DNA from: Ascidiella aspersa
Lineage: Eukaryota
DNA length: 64,000 bases
Direction of reading: 5' to 3'
Assembly (NCBI GenBank): GCA_963924565.1
Contig: OZ004613.1
Location: forward strand, 14,694,001 to 14,758,000
Below are positions 1 to 10,999 of the stretch, piece after piece; within the stretch, counting starts at the first letter, position 1, and each line of letters opens with the position of its first letter. The notes under the pieces are model-generated. The model was given only the letters and a program-made list of their open reading frames with translations, ran no database searches and was not told the DNA's origin. A program made the position numbers and the translations under genes.

Positions 1-784
1 TGTTTTAATTTTATAAATGGTGCTCTTGTGTGGTCAGAAAGATTGTGTGTTAGATAGTCTGTCTGTTTTATTTTTTTGGTTTCGTCTGTGAACATGTAAA
101 TACGGTCTATTCTGGTTGCGGTGTTTCGGGTGATTCGTGAATATAGTATTTTGTTTGGGTGGTGGAGCCGAAATATGTCCGTTAGTTTGATGTTGTTTTT
201 GATACTACTATCCATCATTTTACATCTCTATGGATTTTGGTGTACGTGCTTTGTCGATCGATTTCTCTCTCTACAAAGTTAAAATCTCCTAAAATTATTG
301 TTGTATCGTGTTGTGTTTTGGATATGTGTTTTTCGAGTGTGTTCATTTCTTTTATTCTTTGGTCTATGTTGTGTTTTCCCTATCCTGACTGTAGATATAC
401 GTTTATGATTCGGATTGATTGTTTTATGGGTTTGTTGTTTTGTTCTTCTAGTTGTATTTCATGTATTTGGTTTTATAGAATGATGTCGTGTTTTATGGTG
501 TATTTTTCGTTAACATTTGCTTTTACAAGAATTGCTGTTCCCTTAGGGCAGCGTGTTTTGCCTGTTGTTAATTCAGTGTTGGTGTAGGGAATAAGGTTTT
601 GTTTTGTTGTCCAGTCCTTTAGTTTATTTTGGTCGATTTTGTGTGTTTCTTGTAGGGTTAGGATGTCTATCTTATTTTGGTTAATAAAATCTGCAAGGGG
701 ATTTAGTTTTTCGGTCATGCCACATATATTTACGGACGCAATACATAATGGAGACGACATAAGAGTGGAAGGGAGGAGAAGCAT
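1..784 (-). pseudogene. Family A ORF2, AP-endonuclease domain (frameshifted)
   Basis: ORF 473-784 MLLLPSTLMSSPLCIASVNICG...LQETH; further APE motifs in other frames. Confidence 0.85.
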
Positions 785-887
785 TTAAAACGGTTGTTGC
801 GGTTTACGTTTCATCGACAAGGTGTTTACATTTCTACGTCGGTCGGGACCGACCATCGGTACGAGATTTTACTTTCGAGCTCTTAGA

Positions 888-2439
888 TTACATCTTCTTC
901 CTCTTCTTCTTCTTCTTCTGTGTTTTCAGTGATTATTTCTGTTGGTTGGTTTTCTTTTCTTCGGGTTGGTTTCTTTGGCGGTGTTTGTGTGTTTCTTTTC
1001 CTTTTGTTTTTACTTTTGGCTTTGTGTTTGTTTTTGAGTGTGCTTTTGTACTTGGTGAGCCGGCTTCTATGGAGGCCAAGAGGTTTTCTTCTGGTATGTT
1101 TGCGTTACTTGATTTTTTTTAGTTTCTTCTTTCGTCTTTTCTTTGTCTTTGGATTTCCGCGCGCCACTCTTGTTTGGTTTGTTGTGGTGCTTGGGGGGGT
1201 CGGAGTGATTTTTCTGGTTGGTGATGGTTTCTGGCTGGAGTTGGGGAGAAGAGTGTGAGAGGAGTGGGGGGATTTTCATGTAGGAAGGATGGTGGTGGTG
1301 GTGGGAATGATTGTTGTTGTTGTGGTTGTTGTTTCTGGTTGTTGGTGTTCTGTGATTGTGGGGATGTTGGGGCTATTGGGTTGTTGTCTTCTTTTGGAGG
1401 CTCGTTTTCTTCCGGGGGTTTGGATATGTTTTCGGGATCGGATGTCCCGAAGGATTTTTCGGAGGTGGAGAGGTTTGTTTTCGAGCTTTCGTCATCTTCT
1501 TCGTCTGAGGTGATATCTATTATGATATTCTCTGATGAGCTTGCGTTTCCGTTTTTATTTTGTTCCGGTGAGGATTCTTCGAAGGCCTCGTTTAGTTTCT
1601 CTATTTTCTGATTTTCGATTTCAAACCTCCTTAGTTCGTTTTCGAGGCCTGGTGATTTGGGTGGTATGTATCTGTTGGTTGGGGTGGAGGCTAGTCTTCC
1701 GGCGGTGATCGGTGGGTACGTTCTGTTGTATTCGGTTTGGTTTGCTTGTTGGCTACTGTTTTGTTGTATCGGGGAGGAGTTCGGGCATTCTTTCATGATG
1801 TGACCGGGCATAAAGCAGAGTCGACATATTTGTGGGGCAGGACAGTTGTTTTTGTCCAATGCCCTCGTTCCTTGCAGTTTCGGCACACTGGGCCGAAAGA
1901 TTCTCCTGGTTTTGTTATTTGGATTTGACGTCCTGCGACTGATATTTCCGGTACTATATTTTTCAATTTAAATCTTCCAGGAAGAGGTTGACATATCCGT
2001 TTAATTTTCCGGAGTGTGATCTGTGCTGACAAAAGAAGGCTCTTTTTACTGTGCCCCATTGTTTGTCTTTTGCGAGTGTGACTAAGTGTGTGAAATTCCA
2101 TTCGAATGGGACTGGAAATAACGTTATCTTTGTGTGTGGTTTTTGGGGTTCGTGTGAGGTGGCTGTGATGATTGTGTGACTGTTTATTCTAATTCATTTT
2201 CCATCTCCATGTTGAGTCGTTGCTTATTAAATTTTTCCCTATGGCTCTGCTCGGCGAAACTAATTTCGAACATTTTTTGTGCTCTGTTGAGCGATCGTGC
2301 ACCTATTATATTGTCGTTGTAAGATTTAAGGGCGTTTTCATTGTCGAAGAGGCCCATAAAGTCGAAAATTGTAAAATGGTCCGTTCCAGTGATTTGGATG
2401 TTTAGGGCTCTTGGGTGTGTAGTCCGGTCTTTTTTCCAT
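888..2439 (-). pseudogene. Family A ORF1 (zinc-knuckle nucleic-acid-binding protein), frameshifted
   Basis: RALNIQITG..GARSLNR, PVPFEW, IQITKPGESFGPVCRNC, acidic/Pro-rich tail ending EEEM* at 888-890. Confidence 0.8.
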
Positions 2440-2886
2440 TTGGATTGCTGTTTTTGTACCGATGAACAAATTTGGATTTTTTCCCGCTAGATGGCGGTAA
2501 GGAGGGTGCGAGCCGCTAGATGGCAGTAGAGTTTTAGTAAATAGAAGGTTCTCGGCTACCAGTCAGAAAGGAAGGAGTAGCGAGCATGGGCGAATAGATC
2601 AGCAGAGAGGGGGGAGAGCGATTACACGAGGTGGGCGGTACGGGTTGCAGTATACAGTTCTTCGGTTTGTTTGGGTCGATTAGAAAAATAAACAAGGTTT
2701 GTGGGGTTTACGATTTGGGATATTGTAGGTGTCTGATTCGGTCACGGGTTTTTAGGTGTTTGGGCGTTATTTGTGACAGTGTGGTTGCCGGTCAGAGGTC
2801 AACCACAAGGGCGAATTGAGCGGGACCTACTAAGTGTGTTTCGCGTAGAGGGCGCTAGAGAGCCCGGAGCTCCGCTGTATTTTCAG

Positions 2887-4095
2887 TTTTTTTTTTCTTT
2901 ATTTTTTAGGCAAAAAACTCAGATTTTAGTCGTTGGTATTACTTTAAACCAAAAGGATACCCATGTAATTTTATCTATTATACTTGAAACGAGGGCTTCC
3001 GCCTCCGGACAACCGTCTACCACTCCTTCAGAAGGGAGTGGCACGAAATCCATTATGGGAGGGGAGGCCTTTTTTTCTCTTTTTGATTTATTGGATAAGA
3101 ACAGAAGTTAGAAATGATAAAAAGGAAAATTACAACGTAAAGGTTAGGAGGCGATTTAAACAGTTAACAGTTACGGTTACATTAACGGATGAAGTTACGT
3201 TTACGGTTACGGGCTGGAGGGAAAGAAGAAGGAGAAACATCATGTTATATGATTACTCCCTCACAATTCCTACCAAAGCTAGTAGTCTGAGTTGTGTGGG
3301 GGCTTTGATGTTCCGTTATTTCTTTGTTTGTGGTGCTTTGATTTTGGTTTGTGTGTAGCTTCTGGGTTTTTTTCGTTGTACGTAGGGTCTTTTGCTGGCT
3401 CCAGATCTGTCCGGTATGTTGCTTTGCGGTCGATTGGAAGATTTCCCTTGTTTTGGAGTGGGAGAGGGTTTTTCTTTGTCCTGTGGTTCTTCTTCTATTG
3501 ATTTGTTGCCAGGTTCTGGGATGTCATAGGTGGTTTCGTTTTGTGTGTCATCAGTGCTGTAAAGTCGTTGTCGTTGACGTTGAGTTGTCTGTTTTCAGTT
3601 TCCAGAGTTCTTGAACTTGGGCATACAGTTGCCCAATGGCCTGGCTTGTTGCATTTCCAACAGTTCTTGTTGTTGTGTTGTTCCCAGGATGGGAGGATTG
3701 TAATTTTTTGGCCGTGTAGAGAGATTTCGCTGGGGATATTTTGGCGGTTTGGTTTATCGAGGTAAATCTTTACGAAAGCATTTTTGATGTTGGGATATTT
3801 TTTGTGGGTGCATCTCGTTGCTAATTTTATTTTTCCCATATTGAAGTCGCCAAGCATTCTCATAATATCTTTGTTTTCCCATTCGCATGGAACGGGGTGA
3901 AGCGTTATTAACTCCCATGGTGGGTGAGGGTCCTGCGAATATACTGAGAATTGTTGTTGATTGTGTTTGATCAAAGGGCATCCTTTGAAGTAATCATGAA
4001 TTTGCTGTTTGAGGCTAGCTTTATATGTGACGATTTCAAATATTTGACGCTTTTTATTGACGGTTCTGCATCCTTCTATATCCTCTAATTTCTTT
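2887..4095 (-). mobile_element. Tx1-like family B, apparently ORF1-only (HAL1-like), 5' part lost by deletion
   Basis: ORF1 GCRTVN..LHPVPCEW..CWKCNKPGHWATVC, ending KK* at 3316 after a frameshift; ~415 nt with no recognisable APE/RT; AATAAA (2898-2903) and A-tail (2887-2896). Confidence 0.7.
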
Positions 4096-6843
4096 TTTTC
4101 TATAGAAATCGCCCCAGAAGAAGGCACCGTGTGCGATAAGGTAGGATATTTGTCGTTCTTGATTAGTAAATAAAATTTTTTGAGTTTGGTTTCTTAAAAG
4201 TAATTTTTGCCAGTTTATGTTATCGTCCGAGTTTTGCATTTTTATTGAAGTTTCTTGGGCCGTAATTTCGTTTAAAGTTTGGTATATGGTTTTTAATTTA
4301 GATTTGTTCCAATCGAATTCACTGTTTTGAACTTCAATTTTTTGGTAGTTATCCAGCACAAATTGCCAAGTTTTTTTTTTTTTTTTTCTTTTTGGGTATG
4401 AGTTGTTGAATAATTTGGCGTTTATTTTTCTAATTTTAAAGCTAATCTGATACAATGACCAGTTGTGGTATATTTCAATTGGTTTAGTTATTCGACTAAG
4501 GTATCGGATTCTTTCCATTTGAGCCGCCGTAAATTTGTTTTGAATGATGATCATTTTTAAACCTCCTTTGTTAATGTTAGATTCTAATTTTCTGCGTTTT
4601 AGAGGCTGCAATCTTTGGGGGTGCCAGAGAAATTTATTTATTAAAAATTGAAATTCCTTAATGAGTTCCTTAGTTGGTATTTTTATTCTAGCTATATGAA
4701 TTATTTTGGAAACTAATAGAGAGTAGATGATAGTAATTTTTCCAAACATTGTTAAATTTAAATTTTCGTATTTTTTGATAATTGCTATAATTTGACCTCG
4801 GACCAGATCCCAGTTTGGTTTGTTATTATTGTTGTTTTCATTATAAATTATTCCGAGGATTTTAATTTGGTTGGTGAAGAATTGATTATATTTAGGAAAT
4901 AACAACGATTTGAAGCTTTGGACAAGTGTTAGTATTTTGGTTTGATTTAAAATTTGGCCCGTAATTTGTTCATATTTATCCAATTATTTAAAAAGTTGCG
5001 TAATTGAATTTTGGTCAGTGACAAAAAAAGTATTGTCATCTGCGTATTGTTGTAATTTTAAAGTGTTTGTTCCAATTTTGAATCCTTTTATTGTCCACCA
5101 ATGCAGATATATAAGAGCATGGATAGGGAGCAGCCCTGACGGACTCCTCTTTTTATTTTAATTTCGTCTGAATTTTGGCCGTTAATTTCTATTTTACTAA
5201 TTATGTTTTTATATAGGATAGAGACCCATTTGATTAGATTTTCCTACGGATTCTAAAAATCAGATTGTGGTCAGCGCGATCGAAAGCTTTTTCAAAGTCC
5301 GTAATTAGTAGTGCCAAATTGGTGTTTTTTTCCCTACTGAATTCTATCGCCGAATTTATATTGTAATGTATTTCTTGCATTTGTCGAGATTTAAGGCCAC
5401 ATTTTTGTGCCGTGTCAATTTGGTTATCTATTTGTAGTATTAGTCTATTTGAGATTATTTTGCTTAGAATTTTGTAGTCTGTATTTAGTAAAGAAATGAG
5501 TCTCCAGTTAAATTGCCAATTTCATGTTATCTGTCATTTCATCAAGAATTAAGAGTGATTGAAAGGTTTTATAAAATTCGCTGGAAAGTCCGTCAGAGCC
5601 TGGAGTGGAATTATTATTTAGTGAATTTATTGCTAATATTATTTTATTTTTGGTTATATAAGGGGAGTTATTATCGTTGTTATTTACTAATTAATCTAGT
5701 ATTTTTTTTGTTCTTGGTAATTTATCTGGTTGTTTGTTGCCCAAAGATTGGAGTAAAATTGGTGTATGGTGTTTTTGATTTCGTCTGGGTGTGTTGTTGT
5801 TTGGCCTGCGTTGTTTTTTAGTTGGTATATTCCTGTTTTTGTTTGGTTGGATTTCTCTAGCGAGAAGAAATCTTTAGTCGGTTTTTCGTTGTTTCCAATA
5901 TTTTTTGTACGAGACCTAATTTTGTGTCCTTGGTGTTTTTGCGTTTCTATTTTTTTTAGTTCTTGTATGATTTGTTGGTGTCTTTTGTTTATATTGGGGT
6001 TGTTTTGTTGAAGGAGGTTTATGGTGCGTTCTAGTTGTTGCTTTAGGTTTTGTTCGGTCTTTCTTTCTTGTTTAATCTTGTATTTTGACAATTTTATTGT
6101 GTGGTTTTTGATCCTTTTTTTTTAATTGTTCCCACCATTCTAGTTTATTTTCTAGAGTATTTTCGTCCTTAAATTCATGTATAAGTTTTTCAATAGACAT
6201 CCGGTAAAATTTGTCCTGTAATAGTGAATTGTTTAATTTTCAGTAGCTTTTGCCGTATTTTTTATTTTTGTTGATTTGGATCGTGATGGTTGGAGATTGG
6301 TTATGGTCTGTAAATAAGGCTAGGTTGTGGTATGAGTTTTTTATTTTTTGTATCAAGGGGGCGGCGACATAGATTCTGTCGATCGATCCGGGTTGCGGAT
6401 CGACTTGTTACGTGTGTGTAGATTTTTTTTTTTTTAAGGGTCAATAATATTAAAACGTTGTTTGATTTCTTTCCAATTTTTTGCATCCATTCTAGTCTGG
6501 GTAATTCTGGTCATTGTATCGATTTGTTCGTATGTAAAGTTAAAATCTCCTAGGATAATTATGTTTTTGGTGTCAAGGTTAGAAATATACTTGGCAATTT
6601 GATTTTGCTGTTGTTTTCTAATTGTAGGTTTAGCGGGATTGAAATACAAATTTATTATGATAATTTTTTCGTTTTGGTGTTGGTTTAGAAGTTCTAAACA
6701 GTGAATTCTATTTTGTTCTATAATTTTTGTGAAATTTGGCCTAGTTTTTTCCTAATTCCTTGTATGTTTAATGTTGCTATATTTAATTGTTGCAGATGCG
6801 GGTTGAATGGAGTTGCGGAGGGGAAGAAAAAAACCGACTACAT
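4096..6843 (-). pseudogene. Family C ORF2 (APE-RT), copy 1, frameshifted
   Basis: ILGDFN, TRIDR, WKLNNSLL, DFEKAFD, GVRQGCSLS, YADD, GGL motifs. Confidence 0.9.
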
Positions 6844-6844
6844 T

Positions 6845-8050
6845 TTAGGAGACTGTATGGTTGAAAACCCCACTTGGAGGTCCGGGATTTATAGATGGCG
6901 AAAAAACTGAAGGATCAGATGGGGAGAGGGATCTTGATCTTGTTCTTGATTTGTTACGTTGTTTTTTTCATTTCATCGGCTGATCCGGAACTTCTGTCGC
7001 TTTTGGTGGTCGGGGTCGAAGTGTGCTCTGGTTCTTCCGGTAGGGTTGAGGAGATTTTTTTGGTTGCTGGTTGTTAATTTTTTTCCGTTCCAGGTCTTTA
7101 ATTTGCAGTTTTGCCAGTTTGTGTACGGGGGTTAAGATGTGGTCTTTTTCAACCGGTGTGGGTGAGGTAGGTGGACGGTCATCAGACCGTTCCGAAGACA
7201 AATAGAAATCGTCTTCTTCGTCAGATGAGGAAGGTGTATCAGACAACAGAATTACTGGTGGGTCCTCATTTTGTGTTCTAGGCTGGGTTATGATTATGGG
7301 GACCGTGATGTCCGAAGGGTCTCTCCACCAGAGCTACCTGCTTTATTTTTTTTCCGAGAGTCTACGACTTGTAATAGGTTATTAATTTGCGCCGTCTGCG
7401 TCAGTGGAGGGAAGTTTTGGGCATTGATAATCGGTGATGTATTGGTGGGTGGTGCTCGGTCGCCATTGGGGCATCTGTTTGCCCAGTGACCCCGTTCTCC
7501 ACATTTACGGCATTCTGTGGGTCCTTGTTTTTGTCCAGGTTTAATGATTCGGATGCGATTTCCGAATATGACTACCTCGTCCTGGATGTTTTCCATATTT
7601 ATTTTATCCATGTATAAGTGATAGAATCCATTTCGTATATGGGGGAAATTTCGGTGGGTGCAAGGGGTTATTCTCTTAAGTGTGCCCCAATTAAAGATTT
7701 TAGCAATGTCCTGCAGGTGCTCGAGTTCCCACTCACATGGTACGGGTACGAGTGTAATTTTAGTGAGGGGTTTTGGCGGTTCCATACTGGTTAGATTGAT
7801 CAGTTGATTTTGAAAGTAGAATCTTTTTCCGGATATTAGTTCATGATGAATATTAATTTTGTCACATAGATTGTTGAAAGTTAATTGGAATACTTTATGA
7901 AGTCGACTTATAGTGCGACATCCTAGTATTTCCGTTTGAATGGATTTAAAGGGCTCATGAGAGGATATAAGGTTTAAGCAATCTTCTAAGGTGAACTCAT
8001 CGGGTGAGTCAGCTTTAATGTCAATTGTCTTCGACAAGAAGGCTTTCAGA
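6845..8050 (-). pseudogene. Family C ORF1, copy 1
   Basis: GCRTISR, EPPKPLTKITLVPVPCEW, CRKCGERGHWANRC; ~170-bp internal deletion at ~7320 relative to copy 2. Confidence 0.85.
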
Positions 8051-8172
8051 AGTTGTCATGACGGTTATATCATGATAGTAGTAAATAGTTACGAAAGTAT
8101 ATATATAAATATGCTGTTGATACCAGGTATAGTATATTTAAAACAGGTTCCTCTGGCAATATATATTATTTT

Positions 8173-8222
8173 CTACCAACGTTTCGGCTTGCTATCCGGC
8201 AAGCCTACGTCAGGGACTGACA
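8173..8222 (-). ncRNA. Hammerhead motif in the 3' pLTR, core mutated (CTGACGT)
   Basis: Reverse-complement copy of 9191-9240, with perfect stem II GGCTTGC/GCAAGCC and GAAACGTTGG. Confidence 0.6.
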
Positions 8223-9190
8223 CACAAAGCCAACAAGACACAAAGTAAAATCACAATAAGAAAAAAGGAGATAAAAATGTGCGAGACGCGTTCAAAATTC
8301 TCAGCGATAAAACAACGTTCAAAATATAAAGCGATAAGACAACGCGCAATTTAGAGGTTATCTTTTAGCACCTGTCGGTACGGCGCTGGAAACAAAACGT
8401 CCGTTTTGATATTCATCGTATCCGGCGTTCGGTGTATCTGCCAGGATTCGCGAAACAGATGTTTTCGGTAGTCGCTCTCTCTAGCAAGAACAGTGCCCCC
8501 ATCGAAATTAATATCGTGTAGACGACTGCAAGCGTGCTGCGCCAAGGCTGACTTCTTGGCGTCGTTGTTGTTCACATCGCGAATATGCTCTTTCACCATC
8601 GGGCAATCGCCGCATGGAATTGTATAAATGACGCCCTTCGTGTTGTTGACGTCTATTGGGTCTTTAGGATGAGACAGCAAGTGGCGTAACGTTGTAATAG
8701 GTTTTACACCAACTGCGATGCCGAAGTCCCGTAACAGGCGCCGCAGGACGTCCGTCAGGCCTGGAATATACGGTAAGGTAACGTACCCTTCCCATTTGGT
8801 ATCAGTAGGTGAGTTTGTCGTTGAGGTTGCACGGCTGTTGTCTCAGTAAGGACTCGCGAACCCGTCGAAGCTCCTCCTCTAACACGCCCGGTTCCGAGGT
8901 TAACCGCCTGGCCTGATCGAACAGCGCCGTTACCACTCCCCGCTTCTGGTATACAGGATGGTGAGACGTTAAGTTCAGGTACCTCCGTGTGCTCGTTGGT
9001 TCTCATCACCTGTACATCTAAAAATGGAAGTTTCCCATTAACCTGCTCCTCCATAGTGAAGATTATACTGGGCTCTAAGCTGTTTAAATGGGTAAGGAAC
9101 GCGCCCACCAGATGCGTTTCGAAGATGGCGAAAGTGTCGTCCACATAGCGTTTCCAAAATCTGGGAGGGTCAAGAAAGGTTGGCTTGTGT

Positions 9191-9240
9191 GTCAGTCCCT
9201 GAAGAAGGCTTGCCGGGATAGTAAGCCGAAACGTTGGTAG
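9191..9240 (+). ncRNA. Minimal type I hammerhead ribozyme motif in the Penelope pLTR
   Basis: CTGAAGA (9199-9205), stem II GGCTT(GC)..(GT)AAGCC, GAAAC-GTT-GG. Confidence 0.75.
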
Positions 9241-10745
9241 AAAGTGTATATATGTTGTCAATGTAGTCGGTTTTTTGTTTGTGGTGCGTGCACTTTTGGT
9301 TAACAGTCGAAAAAGCGCTAGGTGGCGCTTTTAAATATAAGGGTTTCGCCGATTAAAGGCGAAAGATATACACACAAAAAATATTACAAGGGCTACGGTA
9401 TGAAAAGTTTAAAGCGAACACTAAGGGGCAGTATATAACGAAAAATTTGGCAAGGGCTTCTCGCCCTTTATACAAAAACCTCTCGCGGCGGGGCCATCAA
9501 AGCCAATCAATTACGTCTTTTTTTTTTTTTTTGCATAGTTATCAGATATTTGAGTACAAGTCCTAAGGGAAGATTCCCCTCGTTGTATTGATCGTATTTT
9601 GGATATCATCATATTAACTATGCCTTCGGCCGCGCCGGTGTACCATGTCTATTTTATTTCAAACCACACCATATATACAACGGATAGAAAAAAAAAGGTT
9701 TTGCACCAAAATAAATTGAAAACATAACATAGTATGGGTATTGTTTAGTGATATTACCAGTTTTGGTAAACATGTGGAAAACAATAAAAAATTAAGGGGG
9801 GAGAAGAGGAAAAAAAAAAAAGAAAGGGGAGGGAGGCAGTAATTATATAGCTAGTTCAAGTTATAAAAATAAAGAAAATACGAAACAAAAAAAAAGAAAC
9901 AAACAACAGAAACGAAAAAGAAAGTTCATCATTATGTTTTAGTTAGAAGTATATATAACATGTTGTATTATATTTACAGGTTCAAAGAAGAGGAGGAAGA
10001 CAGAGCAGCAGCTAAAAGCTCCTCCGGGCCCGCGATATCAAGGATCTCGTTCGCCTTTGTACAGCCGAATTTTTGGGTGAGATCTGATATAAAATTTTTG
10101 AATTTACAAATAATCTTATTTGTTATGTCCTGTTCAGTTTGCGTTTGATTAAATACGTATTCATTTCTGGTTTCTAAATTGGTCTTATAGTCAATTAGGG
10201 TTGCTTTAGTTTGTTGGAGAATTTTTAAGTTAATTGTATAATCTTGGAAATCTGTTAAATTTTGGTTGAAAAGGATACTGTCACGGTCCGGTAGGAAATT
10301 TTGATTATAGTTATTTAGAGTAAATTGGTTTATGTTTTGGATAATGTTTTTTTGTTAATTCGCATTCTATCATTATGTGTTCTATGTTGTCAGTGTGCTT
10401 TTGGCAGAAATTACAATTTAGTTTTATTATGTTGCCAATTTTATTTCTAAAAATTTGTTGTTGTCTATTAAAATCGCCCCAAAAGAAGCCATTGTGGGCA
10501 ATTTTATAACTAATTTGTTTTTCATAATTGCTGTATATATTTGTTTTTTTGTCAGTTTTGAGTAATAATTTGTTCCATGATATCTCTTTATTGTTGTTTG
10601 TAAGTTTTAGTTGTGTTTTGATGGAAGTAATGTTGTTGAGAGTGTTATATATGTCCTTAAATTCAGAATTTTCCCAGTCAAAAGTGTTTTCATATTCATT
10701 AATTTTTTCATAATTTTTCCAAATAAAGGTCCATTTTGGGTTGGG

Positions 10746-10972
10746 TGTTACTGACAAAATAACAATATTTATATAAGTTTTTTATGCTTCTCTGTCAAGT
10801 GCAACCATGCGTTACGGTATGTTTCCTTTGTGTATTTCGGCTTTGTTTTCGCACCCCTTTTTAGTGCAGTCTTTGTTCACTTTCTGTTGCAGTCTTCGTA
10901 TGGCAGTTATCTGTTGGAATCGGCTAAGTTTGGTTGTTTATATGCTAGTTTAATGTAAGATAATTGCAATTT
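10746..10972 (+). repeat. BEL 5' LTR, truncated by internal deletion
   Basis: Near-identical to 14819-15044, then jumps directly into gag; PBS lost. Confidence 0.85.
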
Positions 10973-10999
10973 TAAGAAATTAAACGTAAGGCCAAGGAA

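Larger units (their letters stand above)
1..2886 (-). mobile_element. L1/Tx1-clade LINE, family A (5' UTR, ORF1, start of ORF2; runs off window)
   Basis: ORF1 with two CX2CX4HX4C knuckles (CRNCKERGHWxxxC, CRLCFMPGHIMKEC); ORF2 APE motifs IASVNICG, ILTLQETH, GDFN, TRIDRIY; GC-rich 5' UTR. Confidence 0.9.
8059..9253 (-). mobile_element. Penelope-like element (RT + GIY-YIG), 5'-truncated, with inverted pLTR
   Basis: RT WKRYVDDTF, FTMEEQVNGKLPFLDV; GIY-YIG GVIYTIPCGDC..EH..KKSALAQH..RESW; inverted repeat 8171-8234 / 9178-9242; candidate TSD GTTGTCA (8052-8058, 9254-9260). Confidence 0.88.
4096..9517 (-). mobile_element. Tx1-like LINE family C, copy 1 (Penelope insertion at ORF1 start; 3' end deleted)
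   Basis: ORF1 ~8050-6845, ORF2 ~6843-4096 with APE, RT (QQYADD at ~5040) and C-terminal region; highly similar to the reverse complement of 59768-64000. Confidence 0.92.

Noticed and set aside
2985-3066. Ribozyme in the family B 3' UTR
   Set aside because: A hairpin is present, but I could not build a hammerhead CTGANGA/GAAA core or an HDV-like fold.
237-3765. Hydrophobic F/L/V/C-rich plus-strand ORFs as membrane proteins
   Set aside because: They are antisense shadows of A/C-rich LINE coding strands; the same applies to similar ORFs throughout the window.
3495-4127. A genuine ORF3 downstream of C1 ORF2
   Set aside because: It is ORF1 of another family joined by a deletion; C1 lacks its CCHC end and the listed N-terminus is chimeric.
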